Shown in pieces: positions 1-9,884 of a DNA stretch of 64,000 bases (its first letter is position 1; each line of letters opens with the position of its first letter). The notes below the pieces were generated by a model. The model made no database searches and was not told where the DNA came from. It saw only the letters and a program-made list of their open reading frames with translations. A program made the translations under genes and the position numbers. The stretch comes from Candidatus Margulisiibacteriota bacterium. GTDB lineage: Bacteria; Margulisbacteria; Marinamargulisbacteria; JBFWNS01. Location of the stretch: positions 288,001 to 352,000 of the forward strand of contig JBFWNS010000001.1 of NCBI GenBank assembly GCA_050250935.1, given 5' to 3'.

Positions 1-826
1 TCATGGTCACATGGGTTTCTAAATGATGCTCCGAGACCTGTCCTTGAAACGTTCCCGAAATAGGGGCGCACAATTTGGGAAAGGCCGAGGCACACAGGGC
101 CACATGGGCTTCGCCGACCGGAACCCCATACGAGGGATCAAATCCCACCCACCCCAACCGAGGCACGTAGATTTCGGTCCAGGCATGAAGCTCGCTGTTT
201 TGGGCTTGCTGGGCGTCATAAATATACCCGCTGACAAAGCGGGCTGCAAACCCCACAGACTGGGCCAGACAGACCATTAACATCGCCGTGTCTCGGCAAG
301 ACCCCACCCCATCTCGAAAGGTTTTTAGGGGGGGATAGGGCCAACCATATTGGCGACTCTCTTTGCGAATTCGGTCGGACAAGCGTTCGTTTAAAACCCG
401 TAAAAAAGGCATGGCCCGATTCCCGGTTTCGGCGAAAATAGCGGTGGCAAAGGCCACCAATTCGGGGTGGGGCAAGCTGTTTTTAATAAAGGGGTCCAAC
501 AACAATTTTTCTTGCTCGGTGTAATAGCTGGTGCTCCACAATTGGTCCATAACAATCGGGGGAAAAAACCAGGGGCGGGTTTCGATCAAGGTATAGGTTT
601 CGAAGGTTAAATAGTCGGACGGGGCTTCAAAGTGAATCCACTCCCAGGTGCTGCCATCAATGGCCATTATGCGATAGCGATAGCTGGGTGCTGGCGACAC
701 ATTCAACCCATAGAGCTTCAGTTTTTGGCGGTCATTTTCCAGGGGCTGCAATCGAACCAAGTGGGGATTAAACGAAACCGGAGCCGTGTACCGGTAGGAC
801 AGGGTATGACAAATCTCTAAACGCAT
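1..826 (-). CDS. Transglutaminase-like protein with bacterial N-terminal domain (3' end runs off the window)
   Basis: Not in the ORF track; translated by hand from ATG at 826: MRLEICHTLSYRYTAPVSFNPHLVRLQP... with catalytic segments GSCRDTA, ARFVSGY and ELHAWTEIYVPRLGWVGFDPS. Frame stays open to position 1. Confidence 0.88.
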   Translation of the reverse strand, partial: MRLEICHTLSYRYTAPVSFNPHLVRLQPLENDRQKLKLYGLNVSPAPSYRYRIMAIDGSTWEWIHFEAPSDYLTFETYTLIETRPWFFPPIVMDQLWSTSYYTEQEKLLLDPFIKNSLPHPELVAFATAIFAETGNRAMPFLRVLNERLSDRIRKESRQYGWPYPPLKTFRDGVGSCRDTAMLMVCLAQSVGFAARFVSGYIYDAQQAQNSELHAWTEIYVPRLGWVGFDPSYGVPVGEAHVALCASAFPKLCAPISGTFQGQVSEHHLETHVTM

Positions 827-835
827 GGTCGAATC

Positions 836-1807
836 CTAACTTTGGCCTGCTTCTGGGATGGGATTGAGAATAAAAAAGGTTTCAAAAATCAGGTCGCCGA
901 TGTCGCTTCCTTTGCTTTGAATGCGGTTTAAATAGTCGTGAAGACCAAATTCAAAAATTTCTTGGATTTCAATGTAGTCCAGGTTGGCCTTAAGCCGGCC
1001 CAAGGCTTTTTCAACAGGAAACTTGAAGGATCGCCTGTCGTTCCCAGTAATGGCATGCAGTGCTTTTTGGGCTTGAATTAAAGAAAAGCGAATAGAACTG
1101 GGAAAACTGGAACTCAGCAGTAAAAATTCGGCAATTTTGATGGGATCGACCAAGCCGTATTCTCTTAAATACATTTCGTAGGCGCCCATGGAACGGAGCA
1201 CCGCTATCCATTGGATGAGCTCGAAGGTATTGGCCACGGATTTGCTTTGGGGCAACAGATAATAGTACTTGGCATCCAAAATGCGGGTCATGTTGTCCAT
1301 GCGTTCCAAAAACATCCCCAAGCGACCAAATTGCCATTCGTCGCTGTGGGAGAGTGTGGCATGGGAAACGCCTAAAATCAGGTAACAGCCTTGTTTGATT
1401 TGGTCATAAAGCAAAAATAAATTTTCGGTGGACCAATCGGGGTTGGCACTGGCCTCTCGAACCGTTAAATAGAGGTTATTCAGGTGCCGCCACACTTCGG
1501 TGGAAATATGCTCGCGAACCGATCGGGCATTTTCTCGGGCGGCTTCCAAACAGACCATCATGGAATTGGGATTAAACCGGTCGAAGGTCATGTATTGGGC
1601 CACGGTTTCTTTAGAGGGTTTGGCATAATTGCGGTTAAACAGGTGTTCGTCGCCCACCGCTTTAATCATGGGTTCCCATTGTTCGGTAAAATCTTGGGGC
1701 AGTTCGAGCATCAGATTCAGGGATACTTCCATAAACCGAGACATATTCCGCACCCGTTCCACATAGCGGTTCATCCAGTAAATCGCATCGGCTACCCGGC
1801 TTAACAT
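836..1807 (-). CDS. Alpha-E domain protein (DUF403-type)
   Basis: MLSRVADAIYWMNRYVERVRN, ARENARSVRE and a second motif GMFLERMDNMTRILD; lies directly after the CP ATP-grasp gene. Confidence 0.92.
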   Translation of the reverse strand: MLSRVADAIYWMNRYVERVRNMSRFMEVSLNLMLELPQDFTEQWEPMIKAVGDEHLFNRNYAKPSKETVAQYMTFDRFNPNSMMVCLEAARENARSVREHISTEVWRHLNNLYLTVREASANPDWSTENLFLLYDQIKQGCYLILGVSHATLSHSDEWQFGRLGMFLERMDNMTRILDAKYYYLLPQSKSVANTFELIQWIAVLRSMGAYEMYLREYGLVDPIKIAEFLLLSSSFPSSIRFSLIQAQKALHAITGNDRRSFKFPVEKALGRLKANLDYIEIQEIFEFGLHDYLNRIQSKGSDIGDLIFETFFILNPIPEAGQS

Positions 1808-3243
1808 GGTTGATCTCCCAAAACCCAGGTGTCTTTACTGCCGCCGCCCTGGGACGAATTGACCACCAACGATCCTTTGCGAAGGGCGACCCGGGTTAAG
1901 CCACCAGGTAACACATGGATATTTTCGCCGTACAGCACATAGGGCCTTAAATCCACATGCCTTCCCTCGATTCCCCCTTCCACAAAGGAAGGGCACCGAG
2001 AGAAATTAAGGGTGGGTTGGGCAATGTAGTTGCGGGGATCGGCCTTAACCTTTTGCCGAAAGGCCTCGTGTTCGGCTTTGGTGGCGTGGGGCCCCACCAA
2101 CATGCCATAACCGCCAGCTTCATTGGCGCATTTCACCACCAATTTTTCGATGTTATCCAAGACATAGCGACAGTCTTTTTCGATGGCACAAATGTAGGTT
2201 TCCACGTTGGGTAAAATAGGGTCTTCGCCCAAATAGTAGCGGATCATTTTGGGCACAAAAGCATAGATGACTTTATCGTCGGCCACACCGGTTCCTGGGG
2301 CATTTAACAGCGCCAATCGGCCCTTTTTATAGACCTCGAACAACCCTGGAATCCCCAACATGGAATCGGGGTTAAACACGGTGGGGTCCAGAAAATCATC
2401 GTCGATGCGGCGATAGAGGGCGTCTACTTTTTGAAAACCCGAGGTCATCCGCATTTGCAAATAGCCATCTTTGACCACCAAATCTTGGGGCTGTAGCAAC
2501 TCGACTCCCATTTGCCTGGCCAAAAACGAATGCTCGAAATACGCCGAGTTGTAGATGCCAGGCGTCAACACCCCAAACTGAACTTTGTCGTTGGACGCCA
2601 CGTGGCGCATCACATCAAAAAGACGGTTGGAATAGTCGGAAATGGGCAGGACATTCAACGATTGAAACAGGGTCGAAAACGCCCGTTTCATGATCTCGCG
2701 GTTTTCCAAAACATAGGCCACCCCAGAAGGGCAACGCAGGTTGTCTTCCAACACATAATATTGGCCATCGGCATCGCGAATTAAATCGGTTCCCGTGATG
2801 TGGCACCAAATACCTTTGGGCGGTTTTAGCCCAATACAAGGCTGTAAAAACCCCTTGCTGGCCAGCACCAACTCTTTAGGAATCACCCCATCATTAAGAA
2901 TTTTTTGGTCGTTATATATATCTTGAATAAACAAATTGAGGGCGGTGATGCGTTGCTTTAGGCCTTTTTCAATGTGCTGCCATTCGTCGTTGGCAATAAT
3001 TCTTGGCAACACATCGACCGGAAAAATACGTTCCGTTCCCTCGTTGTCGTTGTAAACGTTAAAGGTAATCCCCAAAGACAACAACGACTTTTCGACAAAA
3101 TGTTGGCGATCTTGAAGCTGTTTAAAGGAAATGGTTTTAAGGTAGTCGGAAAGGGCTTTGTAGGCCGGGCGAACCCGACCCGATGCATCGAGCATTTCAT
3201 CGTAGATTCCTGCACTGTCGTAGCGGGAAAGTTCGATGCTCAA
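1801..3243 (-). CDS. Circularly permuted type 2 ATP-grasp protein (putative peptide ligase)
   Basis: YDEM, VLEDNLRCPSGVAY, LTPGIYNSAYFEHSFLA, YRRIDDDFLDP, NAPGTGVADDK, VVNSSQGGGSKDTWV. Confidence 0.95.
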   Translation of the reverse strand: MSIELSRYDSAGIYDEMLDASGRVRPAYKALSDYLKTISFKQLQDRQHFVEKSLLSLGITFNVYNDNEGTERIFPVDVLPRIIANDEWQHIEKGLKQRITALNLFIQDIYNDQKILNDGVIPKELVLASKGFLQPCIGLKPPKGIWCHITGTDLIRDADGQYYVLEDNLRCPSGVAYVLENREIMKRAFSTLFQSLNVLPISDYSNRLFDVMRHVASNDKVQFGVLTPGIYNSAYFEHSFLARQMGVELLQPQDLVVKDGYLQMRMTSGFQKVDALYRRIDDDFLDPTVFNPDSMLGIPGLFEVYKKGRLALLNAPGTGVADDKVIYAFVPKMIRYYLGEDPILPNVETYICAIEKDCRYVLDNIEKLVVKCANEAGGYGMLVGPHATKAEHEAFRQKVKADPRNYIAQPTLNFSRCPSFVEGGIEGRHVDLRPYVLYGENIHVLPGGLTRVALRKGSLVVNSSQGGGSKDTWVLGDQPC

Positions 3244-4424
3244 ATCGGGTTTTCCTCCCAGGCTTTTGCAACAGCCGCTGCCACTTTGTGGGCAATGGAT
3301 TTGTCCAAAACCGAGGGAATAATTTCTTCGGGGGTTGGGTTGGGCAACGCTTCGGCCAAAGCAAAGGCCGCGGCCAGCTTCATGTGGCGGGTAATGACTT
3401 TGGCTTTGGCATCGATGGCCCCACGGAATACGCCAGGAAAGGCCAGCACGTTATTCACTTGATTGGGGAAATCGCTGCGCCCTGTGCCCACAATATAGGC
3501 GCCACCAGCCACGGCTTCGTCTGGCATGATTTCAGGAACTGGATTGGCCATGGCCAACACAATGGATTTGGGGTTCATTTTACGGACCATCTCGGGGGTG
3601 ACCACGCCGGCCACACTGACCCCAATAAACACATCAGCGCCGGTCATGGCATCGGTCAACGTTCCATTGCGGTCGAATTTATTGGTTTTGGAGGCCAATC
3701 GGATTTTTTCGGGGAACTCGGCCACATCGTCTCGGGTTTCGCTGATGATGCCTTTGGTGTCGCACACCAAAATGTCGTGAATGGCTTCGTGGTTAGGCGC
3801 TTCAACACCCAAGGCCAACAACAGTTCAGCAATGGCCGTTCCTGCTGCCCCACCCCCATTGATGACGATGGTCATGTCTTTGAGTGATTTTCCTGTTACT
3901 TTTGCAGCGTTAATCAAAGCGGCTAGTACCACAATGGCGGTTCCGTGTTGGTCGTCATGAAACACGGGAATACCCAAATCTTGAAGGGCGGTTTCGATTT
4001 CAAAACAGCGGGGAGAGGCAATATCTTCCAAATTAATGCCCGCAAACACCGGCGAAATATTGCGAATAATGCTGATGAGCTCGATGGTGTTTTGAGATTT
4101 TATGCAAATGGGGAAAGCATCCAGGCCCGCATATTCTTTAAACAACACAGCCTTCCCTTCCATCACAGGAATGGCGGCATGGGCCCCAATGTTGCCCAAA
4201 CCCAACACGGCAGACCCATCGGAAACCACGGCCACAGTGTTTTTCTTAATGGTGAGTTCAGAGGCTTTTTCAACGTCTTTGGCAATTTCTTCACAAACCC
4301 GTGCAACACCTGGGGTGTAGGCCAAAGACAAATCGTGGCGATCGCGGATGGGAACTTTTGAGGTAACTTCTAGTTTTCCGCCCAATTTCTTGTGTAGGGC
4401 GACGGATTCTTCATAAATGGTCAC
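3240..4424 (-). CDS. NAD(P)-dependent malic enzyme
   Basis: LSLAYTPGVA, VSDGSAVLGLGNIG, INLEDI, FHDDQHGTA, TGRSDFPNQVNNVLAFPG. Confidence 0.95.
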   Translation of the reverse strand: MTIYEESVALHKKLGGKLEVTSKVPIRDRHDLSLAYTPGVARVCEEIAKDVEKASELTIKKNTVAVVSDGSAVLGLGNIGAHAAIPVMEGKAVLFKEYAGLDAFPICIKSQNTIELISIIRNISPVFAGINLEDIASPRCFEIETALQDLGIPVFHDDQHGTAIVVLAALINAAKVTGKSLKDMTIVINGGGAAGTAIAELLLALGVEAPNHEAIHDILVCDTKGIISETRDDVAEFPEKIRLASKTNKFDRNGTLTDAMTGADVFIGVSVAGVVTPEMVRKMNPKSIVLAMANPVPEIMPDEAVAGGAYIVGTGRSDFPNQVNNVLAFPGVFRGAIDAKAKVITRHMKLAAAFALAEALPNPTPEEIIPSVLDKSIAHKVAAAVAKAWEENPI

Positions 4425-4523
4425 TAAGCAACTCCTCGTATAGGGCTAAAAAAGGTATTCAAAAAATGGCAATTACTATAGCATTGAGACTCTCAAAATG
4501 CACAGGACTTGTAAAGATAACCC

Positions 4524-6722
4524 ATGAATTTATCCCCTCACCAAGAAGCAGCCCTGGACACCACCCATCATCTGCTGGTGGAAGCCGGGGCAGGATCCGG
4601 TAAAACCACCGTCTTGGTCGAACGAATCATTCGCATTCTTGAAGCGTCTTCAGAGGTTCACCTAAGCCACCTTGTGGCCCTGACCTTTACGGCCAAAGCT
4701 GCTTTGGAACTTCGGGAACGACTTCAAGCCCGATACGCACCTGACTCTCTGGATTCTGCAGAACGCTACCGCCGCCTCAAAGCCATTGCCGCGGCCGATA
4801 TTGGAACCATCCACGATTGGTGTGGTCGGTTTTTACGCAGCACAACCCTAACCACGGGGCTGGATCCACAATTTAGCATTATCGAACGCGAAGAAGCGGC
4901 CCTGCTCTGGCAAGAAGCCGTTGCCCAAACCTGGACCACCTTGTCCGATGGGCAAGATGCAGGCCTTAAAACCCTGCTTAAAGACTTTTCAGCTCCCAAA
5001 ATTCGGGAGATTTTAAAGACCTTGTATCAGCACAAAACCAAGGTGGTCTCCTGGCAAAACCAAGGGAAATTCAATTCGGTTTCGGACCCCTTGCTCCAAA
5101 CCCTTTTGACCCTTTTTTCCCAGTGTTTAACGGCCTTTGAATCGGCCAAGTCTGCCCGGTCTGTTTTGGATTTTGATGGGCTGTTGCTCCAAACCCGCTC
5201 GCTCTTGGAAGCCCACCCCAGTTTGGCCGTTGCCTGGCGAAACCGGGTTCGCCATGTGTTTGTCGACGAGTTCCAAGACACCGATCCCCTGCAATGGGAA
5301 ATTTTGCAATTGTTGTGTTGCGACACCCCCTATTCGGATGGCCACCAAAGCCCTATTAATTTGTTTTTGGTCGGCGATTTAAAGCAGTCTATCTATCGGT
5401 TCCGGGGAGCAGATCCCAGTCTTTTTGCCTCGCTTTTGCCCGTCTATGCCCAAAGTCCTGGCACCCAGGTGGTGCATTTAAGCGATAATTTTCGATCGAC
5501 AGCATCCCTTGTGGGTTTTACCAATGGGCTGTTTGAGGGGCTGTTCAAAACCACCCAAACCTTCTCGATTCCCTTTACGCCAAGCATTGCTCAACGTGCC
5601 GATACTTGCCCAACCCCGGTGCATTTTGTTCTGGTCCCCCCCGATGGGCCTAACGCCGAAACCGAAGCCGTCATTCAACACATTCGCCAGCTGTCCCAGA
5701 TTCATCCTTTTTCGGACATGGCCCTTTTGGCCCGACGGCGCAGCGATTTGGATGCTTGGCAGGCCCTTCTTTCGGCGGCTGGTATTCCCGCTTTTGTATC
5801 CACGTCTCCCGGTTTTTTTCAGAACCAGACCATTATCGAATTGATGGATTGGGTGAAAGCCCTGATCGAACCCGACAATACCTTGGCTTGGGTGGGCGTT
5901 CTTAAAAGTACCCTGTTTGGCCTGAGCGATGATGGCCTATATTGGCTGTTTGAGAAAAAAAACCACACCTTGCCAGACGCCATTGCCCAGGCCGATTTAA
6001 CCCAATCCCCTTTGGGAGCAGCCGATTTGACAAGCTTAAAACACCTTCAAATTCACTTAAGCCGCTGGCTTGAGCGGGCCAAAGCAGAGCCGCTGTCCAC
6101 GGTCTTATCGGGAATTTTAACCGACACCCAAGGCTATGAGCGCTATGCCGCCCTGCCCCACCCCGAGCGTCAACGGCGGTTGATTGGCTTGTTTTTGGAC
6201 CGACTCATGCGGCTCGAAGAAAAACCCTTTCTGGCCCCCTACGACCATTTGCAACTCTTGGACCAAATGAATACCCTGTCCGAAGCCGAAAGCGACTCCC
6301 TCGCGCCTCATATGGACAACGCCATCACCCTGTTAACCGTCCACGCCGCCAAGGGGCTAGAGTTTCCCATCGTCATCCTGCCTCACCTGCATAAGCCATA
6401 CAACGTTGGGGCTTCCGATGTACTGTTGATTTCGCCTACGGCTGGCCTTGGACTCTCCAACCCATCTCCCACCGGCCAAACCCCACAACGACAGGCCGTG
6501 GTAGCAGCCCTGACCCAAGAAACCCTGGAAGAAGAACAACGGTTGTTTTATGTGGCCTGCACCCGAGCCGCCGATCAGTTGCTGCTGTCTGCTGTGTTAA
6601 AAGACCCTCAAAAACCCCTGCCAGACCGGCCCAAATCCTGGCTGGACTTTGTGCTCAGCCAAGGGGAATTGGATGCCGAAAACCGGGTTATTCGCTTTGG
6701 CTGGGGGCAGTATGGGTGGTGA
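4524..6722 (+). CDS. UvrD/AddA-like SF1 helicase without a C-terminal nuclease domain
   Basis: EAGAGSGKT, LTFTAKAA, VDEFQDT, VGDLKQSIYRFRGA, NFRS, TVHAAKGLEF, EEQRLFYVACTRA. Confidence 0.88.
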   Translation: MNLSPHQEAALDTTHHLLVEAGAGSGKTTVLVERIIRILEASSEVHLSHLVALTFTAKAALELRERLQARYAPDSLDSAERYRRLKAIAAADIGTIHDWCGRFLRSTTLTTGLDPQFSIIEREEAALLWQEAVAQTWTTLSDGQDAGLKTLLKDFSAPKIREILKTLYQHKTKVVSWQNQGKFNSVSDPLLQTLLTLFSQCLTAFESAKSARSVLDFDGLLLQTRSLLEAHPSLAVAWRNRVRHVFVDEFQDTDPLQWEILQLLCCDTPYSDGHQSPINLFLVGDLKQSIYRFRGADPSLFASLLPVYAQSPGTQVVHLSDNFRSTASLVGFTNGLFEGLFKTTQTFSIPFTPSIAQRADTCPTPVHFVLVPPDGPNAETEAVIQHIRQLSQIHPFSDMALLARRRSDLDAWQALLSAAGIPAFVSTSPGFFQNQTIIELMDWVKALIEPDNTLAWVGVLKSTLFGLSDDGLYWLFEKKNHTLPDAIAQADLTQSPLGAADLTSLKHLQIHLSRWLERAKAEPLSTVLSGILTDTQGYERYAALPHPERQRRLIGLFLDRLMRLEEKPFLAPYDHLQLLDQMNTLSEAESDSLAPHMDNAITLLTVHAAKGLEFPIVILPHLHKPYNVGASDVLLISPTAGLGLSNPSPTGQTPQRQAVVAALTQETLEEEQRLFYVACTRAADQLLLSAVLKDPQKPLPDRPKSWLDFVLSQGELDAENRVIRFGWGQYGW

Positions 6723-8460
6723 TTTTTCGGAATTGAAGGTCGTATAACCCCCGATACACCCCAGATTTTTCCAACAGCGATTTGTGGGTACCTTGCTCGA
6801 CAATGCGTCCATTTTCCAACACCAAAATGCGATGGGCATTCATGATGGTGGACAGTCGATGGGCAATCACAAAGGTGGTGCGGTGCTTCATGAGTTTTTC
6901 CAAGGCATCTTGAACCAAGGCTTCGGACTGAGAATCCAGGGCCGATGTGGCCTCGTCTAGGATTAAAATCTTGGGGTTTTTAAGAATGGCACGGGCAATG
7001 GAAATCCGCTGTTTTTGCCCCCCAGACAACCGACGACCATGATCGCCAATATTGGCATACAATTGCTTGGGCATCTTTTCGATAAACTCCCAGGCATTGG
7101 CGGCTTTGGCGGCTTCTATTACCTCGTCTTTGGTGGCTGTGGGCCGGCCATAGCGAATGTTGTCCAACACGGTACCCCGAAACAAAATATCTTCTTGAGG
7201 CACAATGGCAATTTGAGACCGAAGCGATTTAAGGCTGTACTCTTTGATCGGCACTTCGTCGATGAGGATGCGGCCTTGGGTGGCATCATAGAAACGTGGC
7301 AGCAAATTCACAAACGTGGTTTTGCCTGCGCCAGAAAGCCCCACCAAGGCAACCGTGTCTCCCGGCTTCACATCCAATTCAATCTCTTTTAAGGCTTCGG
7401 ATTCATCATCATAAGAAAAACTCATGGCATCAAATCGAACAGCGCCATCGATTTTTCGGGTTACAGGTTTGGGTGGCGAAGTCACGGCCACGGGATAGTC
7501 CAACACAAAAAACACCCGATCCGCCGAAGCCAGGGCTTGCTGCAAATTGTTATACACTTTCGAAAGCGTCAAAACAGGGTCCACCAACAAAAAGATCCCC
7601 GTAAAAAACGATACCAAATTCGGACCACTCATGCTGCCTTTGGCAATTTCGTAGCCCCCATACCAAATCACAGCCAAAATCACGACAAACTGCAAATAGG
7701 ACACCAAGGGCTCTACCGTGTTCCGAACTTTGATGCCCTTCATGGTGGTGGTATAGCTTCTCATGTTTTCTTTTTTGAATCGTTTGATTTCCCGGTCTTC
7801 CATGGTGGACGCTTGCACCAATTTGATGTTGGACAAGGTTTCTTGAATGGTGTGGGCAATATCGGCCGAACGCTGCTGAACCTGCCCAGACACCCGTTTA
7901 AGCCGGTCCGCCAAATACATGATAATCCCGACAAACAAAGGCACACTAATCAGGGTAAAGAGGGTTAATTTAACGTTTAAAATCAGCAAATACACCACGA
8001 TGCCCAAAAAGGTAATCACATTGGGCACCAGTTCCCAAAACAACATGGAAATGGCTTCGCGAACTTTTTCAGTATCCGAAGTCAGACGGGTTAAAATGTC
8101 CCCGAGTTTGTACTTGGCAAAAAAATCTTGGGACAACTGCAAAAGCTTGTCATAAAAACTGACGCGGATGTCGATACTCATCAGGTAGCCCACCGAGGTC
8201 ATCAGATAGGATTGATAGTAGGTGCTGCCCAACCGCAACCCATACAACAATGCCGCGTTAAAAATTTGGTTGTTAAAATGCTGAAGGTTTTTGTTTGAAA
8301 TTTCGTTGACGATGTCTCTGGCCAGGGGCAAAAACAAAATATTGGCCCCGGCAAACACCACAGCCAACCCCAACGACAAGGCAATTTGCCACATATAGGG
8401 CCTGGAATAACTGCCAAATACTTTAATCCATTTGAATCGGTTTGAATCCATAATACTCAT
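6688..8460 (-). CDS. msbA: MsbA-like ABC exporter (TMD plus NBD)
   Basis: N-terminal TM domain, GLSGAGKT, LSGGQKQR, ILDEATSALD, IAHRLST. Start placed at ATG 8460 because of an ATGA overlap with the GT9 stop; adjacent to a heptosyltransferase-family gene. Confidence 0.8.
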   Translation of the reverse strand: MSIMDSNRFKWIKVFGSYSRPYMWQIALSLGLAVVFAGANILFLPLARDIVNEISNKNLQHFNNQIFNAALLYGLRLGSTYYQSYLMTSVGYLMSIDIRVSFYDKLLQLSQDFFAKYKLGDILTRLTSDTEKVREAISMLFWELVPNVITFLGIVVYLLILNVKLTLFTLISVPLFVGIIMYLADRLKRVSGQVQQRSADIAHTIQETLSNIKLVQASTMEDREIKRFKKENMRSYTTTMKGIKVRNTVEPLVSYLQFVVILAVIWYGGYEIAKGSMSGPNLVSFFTGIFLLVDPVLTLSKVYNNLQQALASADRVFFVLDYPVAVTSPPKPVTRKIDGAVRFDAMSFSYDDESEALKEIELDVKPGDTVALVGLSGAGKTTFVNLLPRFYDATQGRILIDEVPIKEYSLKSLRSQIAIVPQEDILFRGTVLDNIRYGRPTATKDEVIEAAKAANAWEFIEKMPKQLYANIGDHGRRLSGGQKQRISIARAILKNPKILILDEATSALDSQSEALVQDALEKLMKHRTTFVIAHRLSTIMNAHRILVLENGRIVEQGTHKSLLEKSGVYRGLYDLQFRKITTHTAPSQSE

Positions 8461-9554
8461 TTCAAAAAGGTGTTTAGAAACGCCTGGGATTGTAGCCAAG
8501 CCAGCCCGGGGGTCAACTCTTGGACACAATTGGTTGTTTCAGGACATTGGTGCTCATGAGCAGTGTGCAGGCATGGAGCACAGGGAATGGGTGATTGTAA
8601 AATAAAGGCTTTGTTGGGATCTCCTTTGGGGCCAGTATCGTTGGGATTGACCGAGAAGTACAACCCAATCAACGGGGTTTTGGAGGCTGCAGCCAGATGC
8701 ATGGGGCCGGTATCTCCGCTAATCATTAGGGAGGCCGCTTTAAAAAGGCCCAAGAACGAAAATCCGGTTGTTTTTCCCGCCACATCGACAACCGATAGTC
8801 CGGCTGCTTTTAGCGCTTTGCTTAAGGGCCTTGTCAATTTTTTTTCATAATACCCACCCGTAGTGACAAAAGTAAGGCCTGGGAAGGTATCGGCCATTCG
8901 CTTGCAATAGGCCACAAAATAGTCCAGACGCCAGGCCCGGGAATCGAAGGTCTTTTTTTGAAAAAGGGTGTTGGTGTTTTGGGAATGATTTCCTGCATGC
9001 AACAGCACCACTTTTTGGGTATCCGACACCTTTAACTTTTTACGCCACTTGGCTTCCCATTCGGCTACTACTGCAGGCAAGGTTTCGAAACAATAGGTTT
9101 CGCTGACAATGGGAAGCCCCGCAGCCTCGGTCAGTTGAAGGTATTGCCGGCTGATGTGTGGGCAATCGCCAATGGCGGTTTGAACCACCTGAACCGTGTC
9201 GTCTGATTCCAACGCTCGGACCATGCGATAGGTTTTGGCCGTGCGAACATGTTGGGTATAAAAGTGATGCATTTCTGGCCAGGCATCAAAGTTAAAATGT
9301 AAATCGAAAGAAAGGGGTTTAAGGCGCCTTGCCAATTTCCACTTGGCAAAGCGAGGATGATAGATGTTGTATTCGATTAGGGTGTCCAAGAGGTCGGGGT
9401 AACAGGAGAGAATCCAGAGCCCTCTTGGCGAGACAATGGCGGTGATGTGGGCTTTGGGATAAGCGGCGCGGATGGCACGGAGGGCCGGGACGATGAACAT
9501 GGAATCGCCGAGCATACCAAGTCTAGAAATTAAAATTTTTTTTTGGTAGAGCAT
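8457..9554 (-). CDS. Glycosyltransferase family 9 (heptosyltransferase-like)
   Basis: KILISRLGMLGD, DTGPMHLAAA, C-terminal CAPC. Start placed at ATG 9554; the longer ORF-track extension reads through GC-rich hairpins. Confidence 0.88.
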   Translation of the reverse strand: MLYQKKILISRLGMLGDSMFIVPALRAIRAAYPKAHITAIVSPRGLWILSCYPDLLDTLIEYNIYHPRFAKWKLARRLKPLSFDLHFNFDAWPEMHHFYTQHVRTAKTYRMVRALESDDTVQVVQTAIGDCPHISRQYLQLTEAAGLPIVSETYCFETLPAVVAEWEAKWRKKLKVSDTQKVVLLHAGNHSQNTNTLFQKKTFDSRAWRLDYFVAYCKRMADTFPGLTFVTTGGYYEKKLTRPLSKALKAAGLSVVDVAGKTTGFSFLGLFKAASLMISGDTGPMHLAAASKTPLIGLYFSVNPNDTGPKGDPNKAFILQSPIPCAPCLHTAHEHQCPETTNCVQELTPGLAWLQSQAFLNTFLK

Positions 9555-9580
9555 GTGGGGATTAGAGTATACCCTCCTAC

Positions 9581-9861
9581 GGGGGGGAAGACTAGGGGGG
9601 AACCACGCTGCGCGAGGTGCCCCCCTAGAACCCCCCACCTATGCTTTTCGCTCAAAACTCACCCACGCAGCCTTCGGCTGGATGGGGTTTCGGACATTTC
9701 GCTAATAAGGTTCCCCACCCCCTTCCCCCTCCCGATTGGAGGGGGAACGCAAACGCTGAAGACTAACGCTTAGCGCGGTTTGGGATTGCTTCGCTTCGCT
9801 GGCAATCGATTTATAATCCATTTTTTTAGGCCACTTATCTTTGGAACGGAGTAACCGTTTC
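9581..9861. repeat. Cluster of GC-rich inverted repeats (REP-like hairpins)
   Basis: CTAGGGGGG..CCCCCCTAG (about 9592-9628), CAGCC-TTC-GGCTG, TTCCCCCTCC-CGATT-GGAGGGGGAA (9723-9747), GATTGC..GCAATC (9784-9807), GGAACGG..CCGTTTC (9843-9861). Confidence 0.7.
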
Positions 9862-9884
9862 TCTGGAAAAAGCTGGAACAGGGC

